The translations under genes and the position numbers were made by a program. This document shows, one piece after another, positions 36,981 through 45,114 of a stretch of 64,000 nucleotides of DNA. The number at the start of each line of letters is the position of its first letter. Positions within the stretch are counted from its first letter, which is position 1. This DNA is from an uncultured Candidatus Peribacteria bacterium (GTDB lineage: Bacteria > Patescibacteriota > Gracilibacteria > Peribacterales > Peribacteraceae). Location of the stretch: positions 1,832-65,831 of the forward strand of contig CAYXNG010000002.1 of the NCBI GenBank assembly GCA_964466635.1, written 5' to 3'. The notes under the pieces were generated by a model. It saw only the letters and a list, made by a program, of their open reading frames with translations. It was not told the DNA's origin and searched no databases.

Positions 36981-37025
36981 CCCTCTCGTTAACAGCGAGA
37001 TGCTCTACCATTGAGCTACAGGGGA
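36951..37025 (-). tRNA. tRNA-Asn (anticodon GTT), CCA encoded
   Basis: The minus strand reads TCCCCTG TA GCTC AATGGTA GAGC A TCTCG CTGTTAA CGAGA GGGTT ACTGG TTCGAAT CCAGT CGGGGGA G CCA. This gives a full cloverleaf. It begins with U and has discriminator G, as in E. coli tRNA-Asn. Confidence 0.9.
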
Positions 37026-37186
37026 ACGATGCGGCGCGAAAGGCAACCCTCCGGGTTTCCTTCCGCGAACCATCCTTCCGGCAAGGAACGGCTCCAGCAC
37101 GGGAGACCCGTGCTTCGCCGAATTCGTCAGAAAGATCGTGGGGCGATTATACGCATCCATTTGTTCTTTGCCAGTCTATTTAGGCT

Positions 37187-38521
37187 TCAAATCAGGCAAT
37201 TCTCGTGGTCGCACTTCTTGCGACTGTCAGCGATCCATCTGTAAACCCTGCGGCCAATCGGCGCGACGCCGGGAATCCAGAGCAGGGGAGCAATGGGCCA
37301 GAGCGGAGGGAGGCGCTTCGTCATATACCGGAAGGCATCGAATCCGGTGAGATACGATCCATTAGACAGCTTGATATGCATCGACTTATCCAGGCTTCGT
37401 TCGGTGACATCCGGCGCAAATGCGCGGCGATCGTCGGACACCCGGAAGTTCACCGGCTTCAGCGCAGCCAGCCAATCGCATTGCAGAAGGACGAACATTG
37501 AGCGCAGACAGAGGCCGCAATGACCATCATAGAGAACAATTATATTGTTCATGTTCGAGCCCTTCTTTTTGCGCTTTTTAGCGAACACATTTTTTAACCA
37601 TTGAAGATCATCTTCTCGTAGTAATCCGATGTATGCGACGAAGACTGCCAACGAGAACACACCCGCATCAAGCAGGAGATAAATAGCTCCATGGAAGAAG
37701 ATGCCGCCGATGATCAAAATCCGTCGCAGTGAAATCTGCGCCAGCTGCGGCGGAAGCAGACTGGTAATGAAGCGCGGTACCAGAAGAAGAATCCATGCAG
37801 CCTGCCATACCAGCGCCGCGTAGTCGGTAAAGGAAGAGAAGGGAATCAGCATCCGCATGAATGCCGGGTCCCATCGGGCAAACCCAGGATGATGCAGCGT
37901 TGTCTGTATTGCGGTGCCGTTGATCCACATCGTTCCAAGTAGTTTTGTCCACGTGGATGTCGTATACAGCACGATCATCTGCCAGAGTAGCAATCGCCAC
38001 GGCCAGATGGGCATGGTCACGGGCGGCAGAAATGTCCTCTCTTTTTTCCAGTGCGTCCATTGTTCCCGTGCTCTATCGAGGCTGAATGCGTGCGTGCCGG
38101 GCGCAATCATCAGTATGAAACCGAGTGTACGAAGCAATGTGTCACCGCCGCCCAGAATCATCGGATTTCGCTCGTGGAAGGAGAACAATACGATGACGCT
38201 TGCGATTGTCGCAAACCTTGTCCGCAATCCGACCATCGTGCACAACAGCAGAATGCAGAGAATCAGATACAGACAAAAGACCGCAAGCGGCTGATCGACG
38301 TAATCGAGAATGGTAAAGCGGTAGCTGTTACGGACTTGCAGTGCCTCCAACCAGTGCGGAAGAATGCCGATGTTGCTGTAGTAGTAGACGACATCAGGCC
38401 ACTGGAAGAGCAGGTACAGGAGAGTGATGAAACCCCACGCGGCGCGCATCATACCGAAGGCGGTCGCATCAATGCGCCGGAAGAAAAAGCCGTCGATCAT
38501 CTTCAAAGCATTCAAGGACAT
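37187..38521 (-). CDS. Fusion protein: HTTM (vitamin-K-carboxylase-related) membrane domain plus C-terminal DCC-family thiol-disulfide oxidoreductase domain
   Basis: RIDATAFGMMRAAWGFITLLYL at the N-terminus, multiple TM segments, C-terminal IIVLYDGHCGLCLRSM. Start set at 38521 (MSLNALKM), 4 nt after the upstream stop. Confidence 0.75.
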   Translation of the reverse strand: MSLNALKMIDGFFFRRIDATAFGMMRAAWGFITLLYLLFQWPDVVYYYSNIGILPHWLEALQVRNSYRFTILDYVDQPLAVFCLYLILCILLLCTMVGLRTRFATIASVIVLFSFHERNPMILGGGDTLLRTLGFILMIAPGTHAFSLDRAREQWTHWKKERTFLPPVTMPIWPWRLLLWQMIVLYTTSTWTKLLGTMWINGTAIQTTLHHPGFARWDPAFMRMLIPFSSFTDYAALVWQAAWILLLVPRFITSLLPPQLAQISLRRILIIGGIFFHGAIYLLLDAGVFSLAVFVAYIGLLREDDLQWLKNVFAKKRKKKGSNMNNIIVLYDGHCGLCLRSMFVLLQCDWLAALKPVNFRVSDDRRAFAPDVTERSLDKSMHIKLSNGSYLTGFDAFRYMTKRLPPLWPIAPLLWIPGVAPIGRRVYRWIADSRKKCDHENCLI

Positions 38522-39051
38522 GTGGAGGTAAAGCCGATACGTTCGGTGGTCTCCGGCTGCCATGCAGCCCACCATTGTGCGGTCTGCGGTTCGGTGAGAT
38601 AGGGGAGGACGTACACGATGTAGACCAGACGAATCGATGTGCCGGACGCGACATCGTACTCACCACAGAGCAGCTGCATGAAGCGTCCTGCAAATGGTCC
38701 GCGATTATCTTGAAATTCACTGAAGAGATTGCCCGTCATTTTGATGTTGATCGCGCGATTGAAGAATGAATAGCTGCCGGAATGCAGGGTGACGAGTTCT
38801 CTCCAGTCGTTTCCATCTCGCACGTCAAAGCGGTAATGAGTGACGCGGCGGACGGGGTCGGGAGAGAAAATATCCCACAATTGCCATTGGCTCGTCATCC
38901 ACACATACGGCGATACGAACGGGATGAGATGGGACTTCGCGAGCGTGGCAAAATCACTCTTTGAATCACGCGGTGTGCTGTAGACCGCAACGGCGAACAT
39001 GTGCCAGAGGAGAAAGCCGATGAGTAACACTTTTCCGATCGATCGGCGCAT
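38512..39051 (-). CDS. Membrane-anchored hypothetical protein, partner of the HTTM protein
   Basis: 179 aa with an N-terminal TM segment (VLLIGFLLWHMFAVAVY). Tightly linked upstream of the HTTM gene. Confidence 0.55.
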   Translation of the reverse strand: MRRSIGKVLLIGFLLWHMFAVAVYSTPRDSKSDFATLAKSHLIPFVSPYVWMTSQWQLWDIFSPDPVRRVTHYRFDVRDGNDWRELVTLHSGSYSFFNRAINIKMTGNLFSEFQDNRGPFAGRFMQLLCGEYDVASGTSIRLVYIVYVLPYLTEPQTAQWWAAWQPETTERIGFTSTCP

Positions 39052-39126
39052 GAAAGCAGTGTAGCAGGTAGTTGATGGTCAATAGTTGATGGTCATGAGT
39101 AATTCTTCACAACTAATGACTAATGA

Positions 39127-40368
39127 CTATTTACTATTAACCGGTTTCAACACAACCACCTCCCGCCCGACAAACTGATCCGGTCGACGATACAACAATG
39201 ATGTGTGACCGGGAATCTCCGATACCGATCCCGGGGGAAGCACGGGCTCGAAGCCGATTTTCTTGATGTTCTTCCAGATCTGTTCCAGGAAGACCGGACC
39301 GGCTTTCACGTACCAGACCGGCAGCGTCATCACGACCGGCACGCCGGGCAACGTCTCTGCGACGTTTTCCAGGAATGCGGTTTCCAGCGCATCGACTTCC
39401 GCACGGTGCTTGGCTGCATCCTTCGCCGTCGGCCGCTCATCCAGCGCCGGTCCGAGCATCGACTCGGTGACGATGACATCGGGTTTATTCTTCAGTTTAA
39501 ACGGTTTAGTCGCATCCTGCTTCCAGACCTCGCTTGCAGTGTCTTTCTTTAATATCTTCTCCTCTTTGCGGATCCAATCGAGATTTTTCTCGCAGCCGCT
39601 GACCGCTCTCTGCGAAATATCCGACGCAAGAATCGGCCAACCCTTCAGTAGCGACTCCATCGGTATCACGCCGGTGCCGCAGAACGGATCGAGCACTGTT
39701 AGATGCTTGGGCGCTTTCGGGTTTACCTCATGTGCAATCCATCCGCCAAGGTTGAGCAGAATCTGTGCAAGCTTTGGCGGAAGAAGTCCCGCACGCGTAT
39801 CACGGACCGGCTTCTGCATGTCACGCTTGGTGTAGCTGTCGGGATCCTGCGCGGCAATCGTCCGTCCGATCCAGCGGAAATCACCATCGTCCGCGCTGAT
39901 GATCACCAATTCACACCCTTCTTTTCCGGTAATTAATCCCGCGTCGTGCAGTTGTCCGGACACTGGGGCTTTTCGTTCATTGCCGATGTAGCGCGAAGGA
40001 ACGCCCTGCTTCTTCAGATGATTCTTGATGTCGCGATACAAGCCATGCACCGTGCCGAAGTCGACGCCGTAGTTGCGGATACTAAAGGTCACTTTTCCTT
40101 TTACGTTTTTCATCTGGTCCGCGGCAATTGCTGGCAGTCGTTTCCAGTCTGTTTCACCGGGAATTTCTTCGGCCAGTAAAAACAATCCTCCCAAATTTTT
40201 GAGATGGTTGTTCGTCAGTTGCACAGGACTTGCAAGCAGTGCCATCTGCGGCGTGATCATGCGGCGAAGTGTCAGACCGGGAACAACGGCAAACAGCTCA
40301 GCAAGACTGATGGAAGGGTGATTACCAAGGAAGGCGCAGTAGATGCGGATATCAGAAGCGGGAGTCAT
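39127..40368 (-). CDS. SAM-dependent methyltransferase (UPF0020/Trm11/RlmL-like architecture)
   Basis: Motif I VLDPFCGTGVIPMESLL. N-terminal THUMP-like region. C-terminal extension. Confidence 0.65.
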   Translation of the reverse strand: MTPASDIRIYCAFLGNHPSISLAELFAVVPGLTLRRMITPQMALLASPVQLTNNHLKNLGGLFLLAEEIPGETDWKRLPAIAADQMKNVKGKVTFSIRNYGVDFGTVHGLYRDIKNHLKKQGVPSRYIGNERKAPVSGQLHDAGLITGKEGCELVIISADDGDFRWIGRTIAAQDPDSYTKRDMQKPVRDTRAGLLPPKLAQILLNLGGWIAHEVNPKAPKHLTVLDPFCGTGVIPMESLLKGWPILASDISQRAVSGCEKNLDWIRKEEKILKKDTASEVWKQDATKPFKLKNKPDVIVTESMLGPALDERPTAKDAAKHRAEVDALETAFLENVAETLPGVPVVMTLPVWYVKAGPVFLEQIWKNIKKIGFEPVLPPGSVSEIPGHTSLLYRRPDQFVGREVVVLKPVNSK

Positions 40369-41855
40369 GCCTGCAGTATAGTGTCCTCCGACGTTGCGTG
40401 CGGGTTATCAGACGAGATTCCGAGTATACGCGCAAGTGCAAAGCCAGCCTCGTGCAATCGCGGACCTGCATCGGCCAGAAGAAGAACGGTTAATAATGAC
40501 ATGGTCGGTAGCAATTGAACGCCGCCACGAGCCAGACCTGTCTGCATTCGTGCTTCAACCGCAAGGGGGGTAAAGAGGAAAATCAGCATCTGTCCGATGA
40601 ATACAATCAGAATGAAGGCCGTCAGTGGCAACCACTTTCCAAATGCGGATTTCCTGCGCCAGATCAGTAGGCCCATGAGCAGCGGGAAGAACAGATGCCA
40701 GTTTCCTTCGAAGAATGTATTCACAGCAATCGCAATCAACACACCCGATTGCCACCCGATACCCAAGTCGCCGATCGCTTTCGCGTTGCCGAACGTCAGA
40801 CCGTTTGCCCATTTGAACGCGAGCCATGGAAGAACGAACAGAAGCAGGCATCCGGCATACCAGCAGACCGCATGCAGCACTTCATTGGTTGAAATCACCT
40901 TTCGCTTCCAGCCCCACAGTAAGCCAATTGCGAGCAACAGCAACAATGGTGGAAGGTACAGAAGCAGTCCTTCATTTTTTACAAACGGCAAGAGTCCCGC
41001 ACTCAGTGCGCCCAGGCGAATCAGCGACCGTCGTGATCCTTCATCTGCCGCCATCATCGCGCGCAGCGGGAACAGAACGGTCATCAGCACCGTAAGCGAG
41101 AGGAATGCATCGGCATACGGATTTGTCCCGTGCATCATGTAGAGCGGAATTGCCCCAAGCAGATACACGGCAAATAGATCCCACCCCGGTCCTGCCAGTC
41201 GGCGAATCGTTCGTCCCAGAAGAACCAGTGCGCATAGATACCACGCAAGATGAGCCGCATTCGCAGCGGGTTCACTCCAGTCACCGGCAATCGATGCATT
41301 CCATGCTTTAAAGAGTGGAACAGCGGGCGGATACGAACCAATGCTGCGCTTGGAGGCTTCGGGCTCTTCGCCGGGCAGTGAGAGGGTCAGCGCTTGATCG
41401 AAAAAATACAGTTTGCCGCGCAAGTTCCAGTTATCGAATGTGTCGTCCAAAAACGTCGGTGTTAAGAGAAGGAAAACGCTTCCGGCAAACAGCGCACGGG
41501 CAATCACTGTTGCAACTAGAATCCACAAGGTGATGTGGAGCCAGCGCGGGGGCTGAGGTCGATGAACCTCGGTGTTGATGGGTGCAACAGGTCGAGGGAG
41601 CAGCCGCGAAAGAGAAAATAAAATCACGCACAACCCTATCTGCACACCCAAGAATCCCCACCTGTTCAGCGGCATGCCGGATGATGCATGGATGCAGAAT
41701 GTCAGGAACATCGTCACCGTTCCTCCTGCGGCAAATCCAGCGGCCCACTGTTCCATGGCATCAAGTACGCGGGTTTTGCTCTGCAGTAGCTGCAGCAGCA
41801 GACAGCCGTTCACAGCGGGGAAGAGTAGGCCGATGACAATGGCGAGGGCGGTCAT
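40365..41855 (-). CDS. Polytopic integral membrane protein (possible GT-C-fold glycosyltransferase)
   Basis: 496 aa with more than 10 hydrophobic segments. 4-nt overlaps with both flanking genes. Confidence 0.5.
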   Translation of the reverse strand: MTALAIVIGLLFPAVNGCLLLQLLQSKTRVLDAMEQWAAGFAAGGTVTMFLTFCIHASSGMPLNRWGFLGVQIGLCVILFSLSRLLPRPVAPINTEVHRPQPPRWLHITLWILVATVIARALFAGSVFLLLTPTFLDDTFDNWNLRGKLYFFDQALTLSLPGEEPEASKRSIGSYPPAVPLFKAWNASIAGDWSEPAANAAHLAWYLCALVLLGRTIRRLAGPGWDLFAVYLLGAIPLYMMHGTNPYADAFLSLTVLMTVLFPLRAMMAADEGSRRSLIRLGALSAGLLPFVKNEGLLLYLPPLLLLLAIGLLWGWKRKVISTNEVLHAVCWYAGCLLLFVLPWLAFKWANGLTFGNAKAIGDLGIGWQSGVLIAIAVNTFFEGNWHLFFPLLMGLLIWRRKSAFGKWLPLTAFILIVFIGQMLIFLFTPLAVEARMQTGLARGGVQLLPTMSLLTVLLLADAGPRLHEAGFALARILGISSDNPHATSEDTILQA

Positions 41856-43012
41856 GGAGTGACGACGAAGAGGAATGTTTGATCGTTAAAGGTCGCGGTG
41901 ACGGTTCCGGGGCCGGCAATGACCGATCCTGTTCCAACTGCTCCGCGCACACGCAAATAGCCCGCATCATCTACTTCCAGATCCGGTCGATCGATGACGA
42001 CCCATGCGGGAACATCAATGCCTGCCGGGTCCGGTACGATGACGCTGGGGTATGCGTTATAGCGGAATACCGGATAATAGACACTTGGGACGGGACTCAA
42101 CAGTGTGAATGTTTCGTGCTCCCGGATGTGCGGGAAGAGGGCGTTTGCCTTCGCGTAGACCGAGTCGAACGCACGCAATTTTTTCTGATCGTCGTCGGCG
42201 AGCACATATGCGCGGATGTCCGTGATCGCATACGACATGATTTCACTGCCCATGCGGATATCGAACACCAGCCAGCAGAACGAGAAGAAGATCATGAAGA
42301 GGCCGAGCCCCACGTTGCCGTTGCGTTTCATGCGACCGACAATCCAGCACACGATGGCGACAGCAAAGAAAAGTGGATACAGCACTCGGCCGATAGCCCA
42401 CGCAAGCGGAGGTAGGCTTTCGAACATTTCCGTTCGCAGAACGGAGTTCGTCGCAATGAGCGGACCCCAGAGGAAGTTGATGCTGTACGAACGGAACGAA
42501 TCAAACGTCCAGAAGCTCCGCCAGAGTTCGGTAATGCGCTCATAGATGGTCCAGTGGCGAAACTGGATTTCTTCGATGATGACATCCGAACCAGCGGGAA
42601 ATGCGAGTGCGAATTGATCGGTTTGCCAGTTCCACTGCGGATAGCTGGACACTATTACGTGCACATCGTGCATAAAGCCGTCACCAGGAATGCGGAAGTA
42701 TGCCTGTATCAGCTGATCGGGCGTTGCCCCTTTTTCCTGCCAGAGCACAGATCCTTCAGTATCTTTTGCGGCCGCCGCACGAATCGTGATGACGTCTGTC
42801 GGTCCATCCATCGGACCGTTTCCCCAGACGATGTAGCCATCTGCCTCCGTTGCAATGCGTAAACCATCCTCGGTAATCTCCGCTGTTGTCTGCGGCGTTG
42901 TCTGTGCATCTCTCGGCATGTTGCCGCGGAAATTCCACGGGATGATTTCTTCCGCGTGGGCAGTGACAGTCGCGCAGAGGAGAACGGCCGAGATGATGGA
43001 GCGTGCGAACAC
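41852..43012 (-). CDS. Hypothetical exported/membrane protein
   Basis: Signal peptide MFARSIISAVLLCATVTAHA, followed by a soluble domain, then two or three TM segments and a C-terminal domain. Confidence 0.5.
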   Translation of the reverse strand: MFARSIISAVLLCATVTAHAEEIIPWNFRGNMPRDAQTTPQTTAEITEDGLRIATEADGYIVWGNGPMDGPTDVITIRAAAAKDTEGSVLWQEKGATPDQLIQAYFRIPGDGFMHDVHVIVSSYPQWNWQTDQFALAFPAGSDVIIEEIQFRHWTIYERITELWRSFWTFDSFRSYSINFLWGPLIATNSVLRTEMFESLPPLAWAIGRVLYPLFFAVAIVCWIVGRMKRNGNVGLGLFMIFFSFCWLVFDIRMGSEIMSYAITDIRAYVLADDDQKKLRAFDSVYAKANALFPHIREHETFTLLSPVPSVYYPVFRYNAYPSVIVPDPAGIDVPAWVVIDRPDLEVDDAGYLRVRGAVGTGSVIAGPGTVTATFNDQTFLFVVTP

Positions 43013-43134
43013 GGAGAAAGTGTACCCTGAGCCTGCCGAAGGGTTCCAATCAAAATGCTACCTGTCATCCGACAGGCTCGGGATGACAATCATCAAGAAA
43101 TTATGGACCACTTCGACAAGCTCAGTGGCGCTCA

Positions 43135-44991
43135 TTACCGCTCTCCTGCTACCTCTATATCTTCCGGTCCGCCACTGACGACAGCTTTGATGCGTCGCAC
43201 GCCGGCACTCGAGCTCTCTTCTTTCTGGATCTTGAACGATCCGAGCACGCCGGTACGAGACACATGCGGGCCGCCGCAGATCTCTTTGCTGAAGACGGTC
43301 CCGTCACCGATTTTACCGCTGCCGGCAGTCATACCGTTGGGGTCACCCATCACGTAGACTTTCACCTCCGCACCGTAGCGATCATCGAACACGCCGATCG
43401 CGCCTTCTTCTTTCGCACCGTCAACGTTGGTCAGGTGGTACGTCACCAGCAGATCGGCCTTGATCGCGTCGTTGACGAGATCCTCGACTTCTTTGATCTG
43501 TTCGGGCGTCATTTTGTCGCCGTGCGTGAAGTCGAAGCGCAGTCGCTCCGCTGTGATATTGCTTCCTTTCTGCATAACGTGGTTTCCGAGGACGCGATGC
43601 AATGCGGCGTTCAGAAGGTGCGTCGCGGTATGGAGCTTGGTTGTCTCGCTGCTGTTATCGGCCAGACCGCCTTTAAATTTCTGCTCAGCACCTGCACGGG
43701 AAAGGCTCTGGTGAGCGGCAAAAGCTGTATTAAATCCTTGTTCATCAACGGTCAGCCCTTGCTCCTGTGCCATCTCTTTGGTCAGTTCCAGTGGGAAGCC
43801 GTAGGTGTCGTACAAATGGAAGGCGAGTTGACCGTCAATCTGTTTGCCGGTTGTTTCCTCGGCGACTTTTGAAAATCGTTTCAGCCCTTCCTGAAGCGTT
43901 TTTCCGAACTGCTGCTCCTCGTGGCTGAGGGTATCGCGGATCTCTTTTTCCTGATCCTTCAGGGCTCCGTAGATATGTCCGTACTGAGCAATCACCTCAT
44001 CGGCGATGCTCGCGCAGAATGATCCGTCGTGCGTTATACCAAGTGCGCGGGCAGACCGGATCGCGCGACGAATCAGTCGACGCAGTACATAGGACTGATC
44101 GACATTTCCCGGCTTCACGCCGTCGGCGATAATGAAAACCGAGGCTTTCAAGTGGTCGGTGATGATACGAAGGTGACGGATATCCGTTGTCCGTTGTCCG
44201 TTGTCCGTTTGAAGAGATCGGACTTTTTCCAAAATCGGCTTCATCCGATCGGTCTCATACACGTTATCGACTCCCTGCAGCACGGCTGCGACACGCTCGA
44301 GGCCCATACCGGTATCGACGTTCTGCTGCACGAGCGGTTCGAATGTGCCGTCTTCCTTCTTGTTGTACTGCATGAACACGTCGTTCCAGATCTCCATCCA
44401 TTCCGCGTCATGTGTTGCGGGGTTGCCGGTCGGTTCACCCTCGCCGACCCAGTAGAACATTTCGGTATCCGGACCGCAGGGGCCGGTCTGCCCCGCAGGA
44501 CCCCACCAGTTCTTTGCCTTTGGCAGAAAACCGATGCGTTCGCGCGGAATACCGAGGGATTCCCAGATGCCGGCGGATTCTTCGTCCCGTGGAGCATCGC
44601 TGTCACCCTCAAAGCAGGTGACGGCCAAGTGGCTGATGGGGATTTCCAAGACGTCGGTCAGAAATTGAAAGCTCAGCTTGATGGCCCCTTCTTTAAAATA
44701 GTCACCCAAGCTCCAGTTTCCCATCATCTCGAACATTGTCAGGTGTGATGCATCGCCGACTTCATCGATGTCGCCGGTGCGAACGCAGCGCTGCGCATCA
44801 ACCAGCCGTTTGCCCATCGGGTGCGGCTCTCCCAGAAGGTACGGGACCAACGGGTGCATGCCGGCGGTCGTAAACAGCACCGTCGGGTCATTTTCAGGAA
44901 CCAGTGGAGCGCCCGGTATCACGGCATGGCCGTTTTCCGCGAAGAAATCGAGGTAGGCCTGGCGCAGTTCGTCGGTTGTGAGGCGTTTCAT
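43135..44991 (-). CDS. alaS: Alanine--tRNA ligase, short form (catalytic, tRNA-recognition and editing domains; no C-Ala domain)
   Basis: MKRLTTDELRQAYLDFFAENGHAVIPGAPLVPENDPTVLFTTAGM. Editing motifs HTATHLLNAALH and CGGPHV. Ends about 40 aa after CGGPHV. Confidence 0.9.
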   Translation of the reverse strand: MKRLTTDELRQAYLDFFAENGHAVIPGAPLVPENDPTVLFTTAGMHPLVPYLLGEPHPMGKRLVDAQRCVRTGDIDEVGDASHLTMFEMMGNWSLGDYFKEGAIKLSFQFLTDVLEIPISHLAVTCFEGDSDAPRDEESAGIWESLGIPRERIGFLPKAKNWWGPAGQTGPCGPDTEMFYWVGEGEPTGNPATHDAEWMEIWNDVFMQYNKKEDGTFEPLVQQNVDTGMGLERVAAVLQGVDNVYETDRMKPILEKVRSLQTDNGQRTTDIRHLRIITDHLKASVFIIADGVKPGNVDQSYVLRRLIRRAIRSARALGITHDGSFCASIADEVIAQYGHIYGALKDQEKEIRDTLSHEEQQFGKTLQEGLKRFSKVAEETTGKQIDGQLAFHLYDTYGFPLELTKEMAQEQGLTVDEQGFNTAFAAHQSLSRAGAEQKFKGGLADNSSETTKLHTATHLLNAALHRVLGNHVMQKGSNITAERLRFDFTHGDKMTPEQIKEVEDLVNDAIKADLLVTYHLTNVDGAKEEGAIGVFDDRYGAEVKVYVMGDPNGMTAGSGKIGDGTVFSKEICGGPHVSRTGVLGSFKIQKEESSSAGVRRIKAVVSGGPEDIEVAGER

Positions 44992-45114
44992 AGGCCAAAA
45001 GACTACCAGAAACAGCGATCGGCGGTAGTGCTTGCTTTTGTCTGTTTTCAGGATCAAATATGCTCCAAAACTGGCATTTCTGTACATTTTTTGCTATAAT
45101 GGCAAGAAACCCTT

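Noticed and set aside
37026-37190. Plus-strand ORFs 36950-37183 and 37011-37244
   Set aside because: They run through the tRNA gene and its leader. Their similarity to the ORF at 57279-57602 is explained by the shared nucleotide leader of the tRNA and tmRNA, not by a protein family.
44029-44748. 239-aa plus-strand ORF
   Set aside because: Antisense to alaS.
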